Shown here: piece after piece, positions 14,801 to 29,800 of the stretch | How the letters are laid out: each line of letters opens with the position of its first letter | Numbering within the stretch: the first letter of the stretch is position 1 | Assembly (NCBI GenBank): GCA_030324005.1 | Contig: JARDVH010000121.1 | Coordinates: forward strand, 10,776,295-10,840,294 | Length of the DNA stretch: 64,000 bases | Reading direction: 5' to 3' | Source: Negaprion brevirostris | Taxonomy: Eukaryota | Made by a program: the position numbers and the translations under genes | Notes under the pieces: generated by a model | Database searches by the model: none | What the model saw: only the letters and a program-made list of their open reading frames with translations | What the model was told of the DNA's origin: nothing

Positions 14801-17800
14801 CAAATAATCCTTCATAAGAGGTCGTACCATTCAATGAGGCCCAGGCAGATCTTTGGCCTAAAGTGATGTCCTCAGCAGCGCAGTATATCACTGCAATACG
14901 TTTAATTCGTACAGGAGAAACAGAACAGCAGACTACTTTCAGTGACGCTTTCGCGCATATTGATTAAAAATGCTATTAATATTGTATACTGAGTGATATG
15001 TTTGTATATATGTTAATGTTCGGTATAATGGTAATGTTACGATCTCACTAATCTTACTAGCAAACAAAGTGCAGTTGCTCTAATAGTAGTACCACATTAA
15101 CGGGCACGGTCAAAATGTGTTTTCATTATTACCAATGTTAGTTTCTTTAGTGTATTAAAGACCTTCGTACGATTATATATAATAGTGTTGGCCGTGATAT
15201 TGCTTGAAGTTTATTGTGTATTATTGTATCAGAGGCAGCGTAAAAGCGCGTCATTATATTGTTGAAAACTGTTGCTATCTTTAGAAGAACAGCTGCAAAT
15301 CAAAACAAAGGGTAAGGCTGTGGTCAAGATCATTTTAAGGAACTCATTATAATGCGGTTTACTCGCTGTATCTCACTATCCTACAGCTGATTTCTCCTCC
15401 ATTGCCTTGTATCTTCCAACAACCTACTTTTCGAATTGCTGTCATTAATAGGCAGTGGCATTTTCATGGACAACCCCACTCCTGCATGATTTCGATGTCA
15501 TTTTATCTCAATATCGAGATGGAAGGAATGTGAGAAGGTCATTCATGTGATTGCGAAAAAGATTAAAAGGAAGAATGAGGCAGGATAAAACTCGGCTCTG
15601 CCACAGTTACTCCAAATCTATGTTCCCTTGATTTCGGTCCGTCCACCAGATGTGGCAACTGATGACGAGGCATTCACGAGGCACTGTGGGTAATCAGCAG
15701 CAGCGGAGTCCATAATCCCATGGCTTGGCATATCCCCGATTCTATCATTAACTCAAAGCCAAGTGATTTAACATGGCTCAATGAAAATTGCCTGTCGCAA
15801 TGCCAGGAGCACCATCAGGCATATCAGAAATTTAGTGCCAACCTGTGAAGGTAAGATAAGGCTTTGTACGTGCCCAACACCAGAAGGAGTACTTGATAGG
15901 CAAATTTGATTACCAACCGATCTAACTTAAGTTCTTCAGCCCTGTAACATCCAGCTCAGAATGGCAATGGACATTGAAATTAGGATGCTGGAGTTTGATC
16001 CACAAGTCTCCACACCTCCAATAATGGCGGAGATTCAATTACATTTAGTTACAAAAAATAAGGCTGAGGCAATTGCTAAAATTTTCAATCAGAAGTACGC
16101 AGTAGATGGCCAATTTCTGCCTCCTCCAGAAAAAGCAATCTTCAGCCAGTTTGGTTCACCTACTGGATATCAAGAAATAGCTTAGCACACTGAATGCCGC
16201 CAATGCAATGGACCATGACAGCATTCTAGCAACAATGCTAAAGATTTGAAATTCAGAACTGGCCAAGTCCCTTGCCAAGCTTGCCTGATCAATGCATGGT
16301 ACAACATCTATTTGGCAATGTGGAAAGATATGTTCCCGACACAAAAATTAGGAAAAGTACATGCAGTTCCATTTGATACCCCATCAGCCTACTCGATGCC
16401 ACCAGCATAGTGATGGAAGGTCTCAGCAACAGTGTCATCAGGTGACAATTGCTAAACAATAACCTGTTAACTGACGTTCAGTTAACGTTCTATAGAAATC
16501 ACTAATTTCTTGAATTCATTAAAAGCCTTTCGACAGCCATTGAGTAATGAGTGTTTGTTAAAATTAAGTTGAGTTTCCCATTTCAATTTGTTGAGCAACA
16601 GTGCATTTTTTTTCCTTTATACACTAATGTGAGTCTTTGTCCCCAGTTGAAATTTGCATGGCAACCCTGTTCCGTTTGGGACTTGCGTGTCGACCCTAGG
16701 AGGCAAAATGCCTCGAAGTGGACATCCTGGATGAAGAAATTCTGGATGGTGAAACACTGGATGGGAACACTCTGCAAGGCGTAAGCATGAGATGTATAAC
16801 CCTGGAAGACATAACGCCGGAAGGCCTAACATCAGAAGGCATAACCCAGGAAGGCATCACTTTTGATGGCATAACTCCCAAGGCCTTCACCCCAGAAGGT
16901 TTAGTCCCAGTAGGTGAAACACCAGGAGACAAATCCCAAGAAGGCAAAATTCTGGAAAGCAAAATCCTAGATAGTGAAACCCCAGAAGGTGATAGATAAC
17001 TCATAATGGGTTCAATTTACTTTGGGATTTGTTTTTTTGCTGCCGTAATGGATTTCTGTTGGCATTCTCTGGTGTTTATGTCAGCTTATTGTTTCAATAA
17101 TTTATCGTCGTAAATTTATAAAGCAGTTGGCTTGCAGTGCATTTCGATAAATTGTGCAATTAAAAATGAAGTTGGGACTCGTATGAGAGAGATAACAACA
17201 AGATAATAATTTTGAATCATTACAAGTGGATGACCTAAATATGCTCGTAATTTGGCGTCCTGGATCCTTGCTTTCATTGCACACACATAGCCTTGTCGAG
17301 TGAGATTTCCATAATTTCGATCTGAAAACTCTGAAAGGATGGTGATATCTTCAAGTCGAAACGCTGTGTGATTTGCAAGGCATATTGCAGTACTGGGGTT
17401 ACCATGCGCCGGCTAACATTGCTCCCAATTGCCATATTGTTGTCCCGATTGCAAGGAACAATCGACAAATACTTGGTGGGTTGATGCAGATCGTAGACAA
17501 TGGAGTAACGACGAGCATCTTAAATGGGAGGATGCAGTCCAATTTAAACAATATGCTTTAGGCATTGGATCCTGTTTAACTCCCTTAATGTTATCGGAGC
17601 ATTTGTATTCAAGCCAGAGAGGCGCTTCCATCAGAAGTGCATCCTGTGCTTCCTTGTTGTTGGACAGAGGTTAAATTTTTGCCAGCTAAATTACTTAACA
17701 TGGGATTGTGAGCGGGTTTTGTTTCCGCTGTTCTTTATGAGGTTGTTTCTTCTATTCCAGTTTTTTTTTAATGCGCTCGTCGCTAGCCAAGCATTTAATG

Positions 17801-20800
17801 ATATTCTGAAATGCCATTTTGCATCGGTTCAAAGTTCAAGACACTTGAATTGCAAGATTTCGAGACCTTTGCGATATACAACTTCAGAGAATTGCACATC
17901 TCCGATTTTCAACTTGGCACTGCAGCGATAGCTATCTGCCTCATGAGTCTCACTACTTCTTACTCGTCAATGTTCGGCAATCTATCGCTCTTGATGCCTT
18001 GGAATGAAACGTAATTTATGGTTGTTTCTTTTATCACCCTATCCCTACGTCAGGTGACGTGGCTCGTTTATTACATTTTGCTTGGTAACATTCGTATGAA
18101 GCCATTTGTAATCTTTCACTACAGTATATAAGCTATTTGAATCTGATTTCCTCATTTTGCTATATACCAGACGTACTGTATAGTTTTATCCACATTGAAG
18201 TTTTCGGTCGTAGGTCCATCGTGCCAACAATATTATTCAGTTTCATATATATATAACCACCACGAAAACACCCCGCATCTCCCCAAACGTGTTGCTAACC
18301 AAGGAATCACCGAAAATGATTTCACTGACGCTTTCTTTCTTTTTTTCCCCCTTTTGTTTGGTTAGGAATGGAAGATTTGAAAATTTCTCTGGGAGAAGCA
18401 GGTAATTGGAGACGTTTGTTCCAATGTTGCGTTGTAAGCCTTACTAGTGGCGTTCGAAGTGCATTCCGTTCGTCCAACTACTTTTCAGGAATTGTGTTAA
18501 ATTTACACTTTGTTTTTAAACCATATCGACAACAAAATAAGGAGTACATTCCAATAATTGATTCATTTCCTCTTAATTTGGGCTGTTAATACTTCAGCTA
18601 ATTCAGCATTATCCAAAGTATTCGTAACACCATTTTTCTCTCTAACCACCGATCTGAAACATTATTTAATGTCACCATGAGTTTCAACCACTATCTGATT
18701 CTTGATCCTCGTGTGTACATTTGAACAATGATGTTTCTTTTTAAGAGCAGAAAATATTAAACGGAAATATCAAACGTGTTCAGTACTATGAATTGTTGTT
18801 GAGATTATGAGTTTCATTCGAGATTCTGAGGCTTTATGAAATAAGTAATTATAGAACCCTACAGTGCAGAAAGAGCCTCTTCGGCCCATCGAGTCTGCAC
18901 CGAACACAATCCCACCCAGGCCCTAGTCCCACATCCCTACATATTTTACCCGCTAATCCCTCTAACCTAAGCATCTCACTAAGGGGCAATGTTAGCATGG
19001 CCAATCAGCCTAAGGGGCAATTTTTTAGCATGGCCAATCAGCCTAACCCACACATCTTTGGGCTGCATGTGAGAAGTAAAAAGAAATCGAACTGTCATGT
19101 CACAGTCAGCAGGTAAGTGATTGGCTGATGACTGCTAAGTAGTTTTTTGTTTCTTTTTTCTTATTTATTTTCCTCTTGGCATTCTAGTTGTTGTTGTGAA
19201 ATTAACTTAAGGATTAAGTCCTGGCAGGAGATTGCAGACCCATGTCATGCTCCTTCTGTATGATGTGGGAATTCAGGGATCGTTTGGGTGTCCCTGACCC
19301 CTTCATGTGCAGGAAGTGTGTCCAACTGCAACTCTTGTTAGACTGCTTGACAGCTCTGGAGCTGCAGATGAATTAACTTTGGAGCATCCGCGATGCTGAG
19401 GAAGTCATGGATAGCACATTCAGTGAGTTGGTCACACCACAGATAAACATTACTGAGGGACATAGAGAATGGGTGACCACCAGACAAAGGATGAATAGGA
19501 AGGCAGAGCAGGGGTCCCCTGCAGTCATCTCCCTCCTAAACAGATATACCGTTTTGGATCCTGTTGGGGGAGATGGCTCGCCAGGAGAAGGAAGCAGCCA
19601 GGTTGATGGCACTGTGGCCATTGTAAGGGGAATAGACAGGCATTTCTAATGATGGTATGTTGCCTCCCTGAAGCAAGAGTCAAGGATGTCTCAGAATAAC
19701 TGCAGGACATTCTGGAGGGGTAGGGTAAACAGTCAGCTGTCGGGGTGCATATACCAACGATGTAGGTGAAAAATGGGATGAGGTCCTACAAGGTGAATTT
19801 AGGGAGTTAGGAGTTAAACTAAAAAGTAGGACCTCAAATGTACTAATCTCTGGATTGCTACCAGTGCCATGTGATAGTCAGAGTAGGAAGGTCACGATAG
19901 CTAAGTTGAATATTTGGCTTGAGGTATGGTGCAAGAGGGAGGGATTCAAATTCCTGGGACATTGGAACCGGTTCCGAGGGAGGGATCAGTACAAATCGAA
20001 CGGTCTACAACAGGGCAGAGCTGGAACCAATGTCCCAGGGGAGTCTTTGTTAGTGCTGTTTGGGAGGGTTTAAACTAATGTGGCAGCGGGATGGGAGCTG
20101 ATGCAGGAAGTCAGAGGCAAGTGGAGACAGAAACAAAAGGCATTGCTGATTAACACAATAGTAAGGAATGACATTAGGCTGGATGAAGTGGAATCTATAT
20201 GGGTGGAGTTGCATAACACTAAAGGACAAACAATGTTAATGGGAGTTGTGTACAGACCACCAAACAGTAAGTGAAGTTGGGAAAGGCATCAAGCAGGAAA
20301 TTAGGGATGCGCGCAGTAAGGATACAGCAATTATCATGGGTGACTTCAATCTGCATATTGATTGAGCTCACCACGCTGGTAGCAATGCAATGGAGGAGGA
20401 TTTCCTGGAATGATCATATTGAATGGTCGTGCAGGCTCGAAGGGCCAAATGGCCTACTCCTGCACCTATTGTCTATGTAACAGTGATTGAGAAATGTGTG
20501 TGAGGAACAGAGATCGAAGAGAATGTGTGTGGTCAGGTCAGTGTTCGATTCAAAGTCTGCAGTAATATTATTGAATTCAGAGAGGGAGAGAGCAGCGATA
20601 GTAACAACAGATACACTTCCCCCTGACTGGCTGTACTTTGAGTGTGTGTTTACTTTGAAAGTGTGATTCATTGAGCCCTGGTCTGTTACAGAGGGCACCC
20701 AGATCCGGCTGGAGAGAGCATTCAGTCTTTAATGGGGGGGATCCTGTAGTGCTTTCTCTCTGATGCTTCTCTGTGAGGGTGTGATCAGGTTGTACCCACA

Positions 20801-23800
20801 CTGCTGTTGGAACTGTTTGCATCTGCTGTGTCAGGAGGCACAATGAGCTGCTGGCTGCTCCTGCTGCTTCTGACCAGCACTCTGTCCATCACGGGAACCT
20901 GGACTGTGTAAGCAGCTTCTCACCCTGACCTAGCTCCCTTCTACTGGAACCCAGTCACTCTCGCTCACTACTCTCTCTCCACCACCCATACTGCTTATAC
21001 TTTCTAAGTCTAAATTAAATCTACCTCTCTCTGGTTGTATTTTCATAGTTTCCTAACCTTCCCCCCTCCCCCACCCCCACTCTCAGAAACTCCATTCTAG
21101 ACTGATTTATGCTTGTTACTTACTCAACNNNNNNNNNNNNNNNNNNNNNNNNNNNNNNNNNNNNNNNNNNNNNNNNNNNNNNNNNNNNNNNNNNNNNNNN
21201 NNNNNNNNNNNNNNNNNNNNNNNNNNNNCCCGCACATCTTTGGACTGTGGGAGGAAACCGGAGCACCCGGAGGAAACCCACGCAGACACGAGGAAAATGT
21301 GCAAATTCCACACAGACGGTGACCCGAGCCAGGAATTGAACCCAGGTCCCTGGAGCTGTAAAGCAGCAGTGCTCGTCACTGTGTTACCGTGCTGTACAAG
21401 AGTGATAATGCACTGGTGCCACCTAGTGGAATTGAAACTCAATTCATAAAGATTAGATTTCAAATCTAGCCTCAGTAATGTAGACCCTGAAACTCTCATC
21501 GATGGTGTTGAAATAAAATCTTTTTGTTCACATTGCCTTTTATGGAAGGAAATTTCTCGTCCATATCTGGTATGGCCTACTTGCGAACGTAGAGAAAGAA
21601 TAACGTGGTTGACTCGCCACTGTCTCAGAAATGACGCAAAAATCACGTCATTCAATGGCCACCTGGGATGGAAAACGAATATTGGCCTTTCGACCGATGC
21701 CCACATCCCATTAATTTTTTTGAAAACTCCCTTCACATTGGGACGAAACGTTTCTTTTGCAAAAAAGCTGGTAATACAGTCAACATATTTCGGAATGAAG
21801 CAAAGACCTTTTTAGGAAACCGAGATATGTTCTATCTTATTCTTTCAAGTTATGTTATTAGTAAGCCTCATTATGTTTTATGTTCCTTAGCAGCAAACGC
21901 TTAGCAGGGTCTGGTTCTTGTAAAGGTGTTGAAAGAATTTTCAGCATTGGTTCTCAGCATTACTTTGGGTACGTGCTCAGAAAATAAACAAGTAGAAGGG
22001 TATGCCGAAATGGTTCAAGGAATATGTAGTCTGGTTCGAACAATCGCTAGGGTATAATTTATTTCGAAGAAAAAAAAAACAGGTCGTATTCTACCTACGT
22101 TATACATGCTACTTAGCTGTGTGGAAGGGCCAACTGTTTGAAGGGCACAGAGAGTCTGAACAGACATATAACTAAGCGGGCGCCAGGATAACAGATGGAG
22201 TACAATATGAAGAAGTACACATGGAAAACAGATATTATCAAAGGTGTGAAACTTGTAATTTCTGATGTTCAAAAAGACTTTAGAGTACAACGAATGCTGA
22301 ACGTAAGAGCATCGATCAATCCAGAATTCATAGAATGTGCTGGCTTCCACTGCAAGGGTTTGGGGTACAACAAAAAAGAAGGCATGCGACAATTGTTCAG
22401 GGGAGACTACCGGTGCAGCTCTAGATTCCACATATAAGAAAGATATAGTTGCACTGGTGACTGCAAGTGGAAGTTCAGTAAATTGTACGCCAAGCACGGA
22501 AGTGCTGTCATATGCTAAGAGGTTGAGTAAATTTGTCATTTACTCTCTGGAGTTTGGAAGAATGTAAGACGATCCTATTGTAAACTATAAAATTGTCAAA
22601 GAAGTTGATACGGAGGAGAGTGAGAGATCGTTTCCGCGAGTAGGGCAACTTAAAAGACAGGGGGAAATCTCAGGAAAACGGGATAACCATATTATTCAGA
22701 GATGAGATAGAAATTAATTCATTCAAATCGCAGTGAATCTTCGGAATTTATTAACCCAAAGTGTTGTGGGTGCTCCATGGTTGGGGTATTTTAACGCTGG
22801 GATAGAGGTTTGTTTTTAGTATTCTTGGAATTGAGGAATATGGGGAGCAGGTTGTAAAATGTGGTTGGTGTCCAACGTTAGCCATGAACATGTTGAATAA
22901 CTGAGCAATATCGACGGGGGCATGCTCCGGTTTCTTGTGTTCTTATGTGTTTTAATTGTTCAATTGAACAAATGAATTAATTCTTATTATTCATGTTTCT
23001 TTTAGAATCTAAGTTGAGTAGCAAAATTAAAGGTACTAGAGTTGATATATATTGATATCATAAAATGTGTCACAATTTGATTTGTGTGTATAACAATTCT
23101 ATCCCCGTTACGAAATCACTATCTCGTAAAAAAAACACACTTTTTGTGCCATAGAAATTCATCTCTCAACATGCCGAAGATGTGTCCCTGTGTTGCAGAT
23201 CGCCACCTGGGTGGAGAATAGTTCCCCGCCGTCCCTCTCACCTCTTAGTTCTGACCATGTGTCTACACGTCCTGTCTTTCATGCAATTCAATTAAGTCAC
23301 CTAGTAGCCTTCTCTACACCAAAGGAAATACAAGCCTCTCAGTGTTCCGCGTCATTGAGGTTTTTCTCATTACAGTGAACAAGCCTGTAAACGTCATCTG
23401 CACCATTTTTTGTTTTTTCGTAGTGTGGTGACCGGGACGGCACAGAGGGCTACAGCTCCGGGCAAATATCTGATTGACTCATTCCAGCATAACTTTGCAG
23501 CCATTCTCTTCTATACTTTGTTTAGTTTAATTATATTGGTCGGATATCTTCTCGAGCAATTTGTCTCCCTGTCCAGAGAGCCGCAAGAATCTGTGCAACA
23601 ACACTTTATGGTTCTGATTTTCCTCTCCATTACGGTATCTAAAGCTTTATGGTATACTATACCATATACTACCTTTCTTTCTTGTATTCCTTTCTCAACC
23701 TCAACTGAAAACATTGCATCCAGGAACTATCACCTGCCGTCACCTTTATTGTTCGAACCACATCTCAGGAGTAGCAATGAAGTCACGCACCTCCCTGTTA

Positions 23801-26800
23801 ATCTGTCATTTCAGCCTTCGTTCTTGAAGATCTTTCAATTAAGTACATATTATTGAATTCTTAGTTTATTTCCCCTTCTCTGTTCCCTCTGTCTTACAAA
23901 AAAGGTATTCCCTTCCTATTGGAAGCCCGCAATCGGAGGCTTAAAGGTAAGTGGTCACATGGCAATTCCCTGGAATGTGAACTTCCGTCTGGAAAAAGAA
24001 ACATGCCATTTAAATTGTTAATATCGGACGATTCCGCCAGGGTTGCACCAATAGTTCATCCGAAAAAAGTGACAAGAATCAAAAACTCTACTCTTTCTGG
24101 CAAAGAATCACAAAATTTCAGCCTCACCCCTGTACGGGACTTCAACCACATCCCCGACAATCCAACCGTTTTCTCCACTCCCTTAAGATATCGCCCCCGC
24201 ATGCTTGATCCTTTCACAACGTGTCCCATCAAACGCAATTGGGAAAACAAAAACTCGTCGAGTATCGGGTTACATAGTGACATGGAGAGGAAGATTGGCT
24301 AGCTGACACTGCAAGGCGTAAATTGGTCATTTTATGGCTGACAGAAAATGTAACGACTGGTATGCCAAATGGATCAATGCTGGGGTCCCAACTATTCAAC
24401 ATATGGTTGAAGGGACTGAGCTGCTGCGGGTTGACTTAGTAGTAAAAGCTGGACAGTTTAGGTTTGTATCTGCTGGAGCTCAGAAGAGCAAGACACAATT
24501 TGATCGAAAGAGATGAGGCCTTGCGGGGCAAAGCAGGGTGATGTGGTGAGGATGTTTCCCCTTGTTGGAGAATCTAGAAAGACAGATCACAGATTTAGAA
24601 TAAGGATTTTCCCACTTCAGGCAGAGATTTGGAAGATACTGTTTTTGCTGATGACACAAAGGTTGCAGGTGTTGTGGAAAGTGTGGAGGGATGTCAGAAG
24701 TTGCAGCGAGATATAGGTAGGATGCAAGACTGGGCGGAGAAGTGGCAGATGGACTTCAACCCGGATAAGTGTGCGGCGGTTCATTTTGGCAGGTCAAATG
24801 GGATGAAGNNNNNNNNNNNNNNNNNNNNNNNNNNNNNNNNNNNNNNNNAACTGGCTTCTCAGGTAGAGGATGTGGTTAAGAAGGCGTATAGTGTTCTGGC
24901 CTTCATCAATCGAGGATTTGAGTTTAGGGGTCGGGAGATAATACTGCAGCTGTATAGGACCCTGGTCAGACCCCACTTGGGTTCTGGTTGCCTCATTATA
25001 GGAAGAATGTGGAAGCCATTGAAAGGGCGCAGAGGAGATTTACAAGGATGTTGCCTGGATTGGGTGGCATTTCTTATGATGATAGGTTGAAAGAGTTCGG
25101 CCTTTTCTCCTTGGAGAGAAGAAGGATGAGAGGTGACCTGATAGAAGTGCATAAGATGTAGAGAGGTTTTGATTGGGTGGATTCTCAGAGGCTTTTTCCC
25201 AGGGCTGAAATGGCTGCCACAAGAGGACACTGGTTTAGGGTGCTGGGGAGTAGGTACAGAGGAGATGTCGGGGATATGTTTTCGCTCAGAGGGTGGTGGG
25301 TGCGTGGAATCGGCTGCAGGTGGTGGTGGTGGAGATGGATTCGATAGGGTCTTTTAAGAGACTTCTGGATGAGTACATGGGACTTAGCAGGATTGAGGGT
25401 TATAGGTAAGCCTAGTAGGTAGGAATATGATCAGTGCAACTTGTGGGCCGAAGGAACTGTTTGTGCTGTAGTTTTTCTATGTTCTATTCTTTCAGAAAGA
25501 CAACGTCCTTGAAGCATTTTAGGACAGAAATAGATAATGATCAGCAAGGGTGGGATGTTCTTTTGTAACAGGCTGGAATGTGAAGTAGAGGTTAAAATTG
25601 GATCGTATGCAATGGTGGAGTAGATTTGATGTCGCGAGTGGGCCAGCATTCCTAATTCGTAACCTTTAATGCCATGTTTAATATGAATGCCATTTAAATA
25701 AGGTTTATATATTGTGTTCAATTCGCCAATGAATTTTACTACTCTGTACAACATGTATGCAATGAAAGGTTTTATTTTAGAAATCTCATCTTCTGCAGGT
25801 CTTTATGTAATTGTTTGGAAAATCCTGATCAGACTTTTCAACAAATAAACTCAATTAAGATCGGATAACTCGTCAATTAGTTAAAACAATGACATTAAAG
25901 GTGAAATCATCAATCTCTATTAGCAGTTGAAATAATTTACCAGCGTCTCCCAATCATACAGCCTGCAAAGTTTATTTTGATTAAAATTGCATTTTAATTT
26001 TTTTAAATGATGTTTTGTCAACAAATCTGACATTGCCCTGATATGTAATGTCTTATTTAGCTGAAAGAATATGACAGACAGATAAGAACATAAGAAATAG
26101 GAGCAGGAGTAGGCCATCTAGCCCTTCGAGTCTGCCCCGCCATTCAATAAGATCATNNNNNNNNNNNNNNNNNNNNNNNNNNNNNNNNNNNNNNNNNNNN
26201 NNNNNNNNNNNNNNNNNNNNNNNNNNNNNNNNNNNNNNNNNNNNNNNNNNNNNNNNCTTCCCCTTAACGAATCCGTGCTGCGTCTGCTCGATCAAACCAT
26301 TCTTTTCTAGGTGCCTCGCTATTTCTTCTTTGAGGACGGATCTAGCATTCTCAGATACTGCGCAGTGTCTGAGAGCCAGAACCACAGCAGTTGGCCGTTC
26401 TCACCTGAACCACATTGCGTTTTGGAATATCTGCAGACGATGGTGAGGGGAAGTCCTCCTTTAATCCAAATTCTTACTGTGGCGATCACGTTAGGAAGGT
26501 TTCCGTTTGATTAGAGGTTAGAATGGCCATCGCCCACCGTCACTGTAAATTGCAGCCTCCAATAGATACAACTCACTACTCGTTATGTGTACATCATTCA
26601 GCATCCTCCACGCACCCGTTTTCTCGGAATCAAAATACAGTTGTGCCGTAATGCTGCGGATAATCTTCTAAAATGAGATAGCTGGTGCATTTTTTTGAAA
26701 GACCTGTGAACATGCTTCTCGCAACAACTCCATTGATTGGCTTATATATCTTCAAACTGAGTTATTAGCTGGATGCCGCAGATTAATTAGCGGCATCCAG

Positions 26801-29800
26801 GATCAACTTCTCTACTTTCTTTCCAGAAATCCAAAAAATGAAAGAAGCTTTCTTCGAATTTGGTAAGTGAAAAAAAATTGGCTTCACCACTTAGAATTAC
26901 GCTGATCTGCTGATGCGCATAATGTAAATGCAATACCAAGTTGCTTCACTCAGATGCGATCGAATCATCTGCTCGTAATCCTCATGGCCTGAAAGCCTCA
27001 GGATGTTCCTGGGAATTAATAGATTCCTATCGGCCGTCCAACAAATTTTAAGGCTCACCTGTCTCTTACGTTGGAGCTGTTGGGGATCTTCCATTAATGT
27101 CTGTATCGGCTCTTGTATGTTTATTGATGTTTCTTTTTTTACATTCACAGGCGATTCGGTCCGCCTTGTTGGCCAACAAGGGGCATACACGCGGTGGGTC
27201 GTGCGAGGGCTGCTCTTGGATGNNNNNNNNNNNNNNNNNNNNNNNNNNNNNNNNNNNNNNNNNNNNNNNNNNNNNNNNNNNNNNNNNNNNNNNNNNNNNN
27301 NNNNNNNNNNNNNNNNNNNNNNCGAGGGCTGCTCTTGGATGTTGCTTCGAGAGTTGCCTAGTGCTTCACGTCGTTAGTGTACGCTTAAACTGGACCAATT
27401 GACGGGCAACACGACAGCTCGGTGACTACCACTGTTTGCTGTGCAGTTACAGGGACCCAGGTCGGATCTCCGGCTTGGGTCAATGTCTGTGGGAGTCTGC
27501 ACATTCTCCCCGTGCTTGCGTGGGTTTTCTCCGTGTGCTCCGGTTTCCTCCCACACCCCAAAAACGTGCTTTTTAGGCTGATTAGTGTTAAGAAGTTGTC
27601 CCTAAATTGGATCTCCCTTAATCTGGCGCACATATAATTCCCTAAGTTTGCACCCCTTTATTGTGGAGTCCACTAGGTGTAGACAAAAGTCACAGCTTGA
27701 AGAAGGATTGGAATAAGGCACTCACTGAGTGTCAAAGTGGGTGGCGCGGGCTTGTAGGGCCGAAGGGCGTGTTTTCTATGCTGTGCTGTGCTGTTCTTTG
27801 CTCTTTGATCTTTGTCAATTTACTTTTGCACTGCATTTCCTGACCCTCAGCAGCTGCGTATAACGGCAGGGCAGATTGATGAAATGTGGAACTTCAGATC
27901 AACTGCAGGATTTCCGCACCGTACTGTAGAATATGTGCGCTTTCCAAAGGTTACAAGACGGCTGTGCAGAAGTGTTTTTCTCACATCATTTTTCGCCCTG
28001 TAATCAATTTTCTGTGCTACACAGATAAATGACAGAATACACGATTTCCAGCGTGATGGAAAGAATTTAGTATATCTCCCTGGCCTAGCCTTGACCTCAT
28101 ATTTTTGTCCCCCATCCTCATTCATGGTCTTTTCACCTTGTCCAGTTCACCCACCTCCTGCCCGATGGATTTTATTCCCTCTAATCAGCTGATCACTCCG
28201 TTTCCATTGTGCCCCCGATGTTAGCCGTCATGTTCAATGCCTTTTTCTTCTNNNNNNNNNNNNNNNNNNNNNNNNNNNNNNNNNNNNNNNNNNNNNNNNN
28301 NNNNNNNNNNNNNNNNNNNNNNNNNNNNNNNNNNNNNNTCCCCAATACCCCCACAATTTCTGGTGTAATCTAATAAACCTTCTCTGATTTTTTTATCATT
28401 TATTCATATATTTTTATAAAATGAGGAGGCCAGCACTGCAATTGTACTCCGGATGTAGTCTCTGCAATGCCCTGTATAAGCGACGCATAACCAACTCTAC
28501 TCTTACATCTATTTCCCTTGCAAAGAAAAATAATATTCCGGCTTACCACACCAGCATACCAACATTTTGTAATTCATGCATTTGAATACACAGAAATGCC
28601 GCTGCATACCATGGTGAGCCCTGCACCATATAGATAATATGCAGGGGGAAGTGCTACTGCGTAAACGGTGATATATAAAATATGTTTTTATGAAATGGTT
28701 GCAGTGGGATTCATCCATCCTTTTGAAAGTTTCTGTTACAACTTGATTCCATTTAAGTATTGACGCCGTCGTGGAATCTTCATTTTTCTTGAGCAGGCTG
28801 GTGCTGCGGGCTCATTTTTCCAGACTCAAGCTTGGCAAATGATTGGTATTTGCATTAAAAGAAAAGAGTCTTTAACATTCAAATGAAATCCATTGCTAAT
28901 AGTGTCTAAATTATGAATGATTCAAACCCACATGCCATCAGACACGAAAGTGGAAAGCAAGGAGAAAGGTAAGGTTGCATTTGTTGAGAACTGAGTCGCT
29001 GCTTCGCCTTTTGTTTTTTTTCCAATAGATGTGAATAGTATTCACATTTTAACTTGCTGCAAAACCACATAACGTCGTTTCACAAAACAAGATACAGCGT
29101 ATTTGGAGGTTCTCTGATGTCAGTTCCAGTCATTGTGACACATGCCAGACAGCTAAGATGGTGCCTAACCATCTATAAAGCTACCAGAGGCATGTGTAGC
29201 TGACAAATAAGTTGTGTGTGCCTGCCATTCTACATAACTATCTATTAGATAACTACATAGATGCAGCAGGCAGAAAGACTACCAGTCTACCTCTCTGTCT
29301 ATCTGCTTATCCAATTATCTATCTATCTATCTATGTGTTTGTTTACCTAGTTGCCACCTAGTAGTCTATCTATTTATCTGGTTGATAATTTACTGACTGT
29401 CTGTCTAATTCTTCTTTTGAATAGAACTGTATAAGTGGGTCATTTATTCAAAAATATTTAATTGATGCCCGGGAGTATTAAAATAGAGTGTGCGCTGACA
29501 ACTTTGGCACACCTATTCGAGACATACACATTTTTTTTCATTTCTCTTGAAGAGAAACATGCGGCAGACTCAAACACCGTACTTTGAAGAGTCTCAGTCT
29601 ATCAGAATATAAGTTAGAACTGGGGAGAAGTAGGCAGCATTAACTCTCCCAACAGCAATTCTGGTTGGTAAAGCACCTGGACTGTTAATCTGGAACCATT
29701 AACTAATCAACGTGAGAAATGAATGCAAATTCCGCTATGGATATGGGAAAGTTAAATTCAGCCAGTACGGCAAACATGAAATAGGTACTTAGCTGATTTG

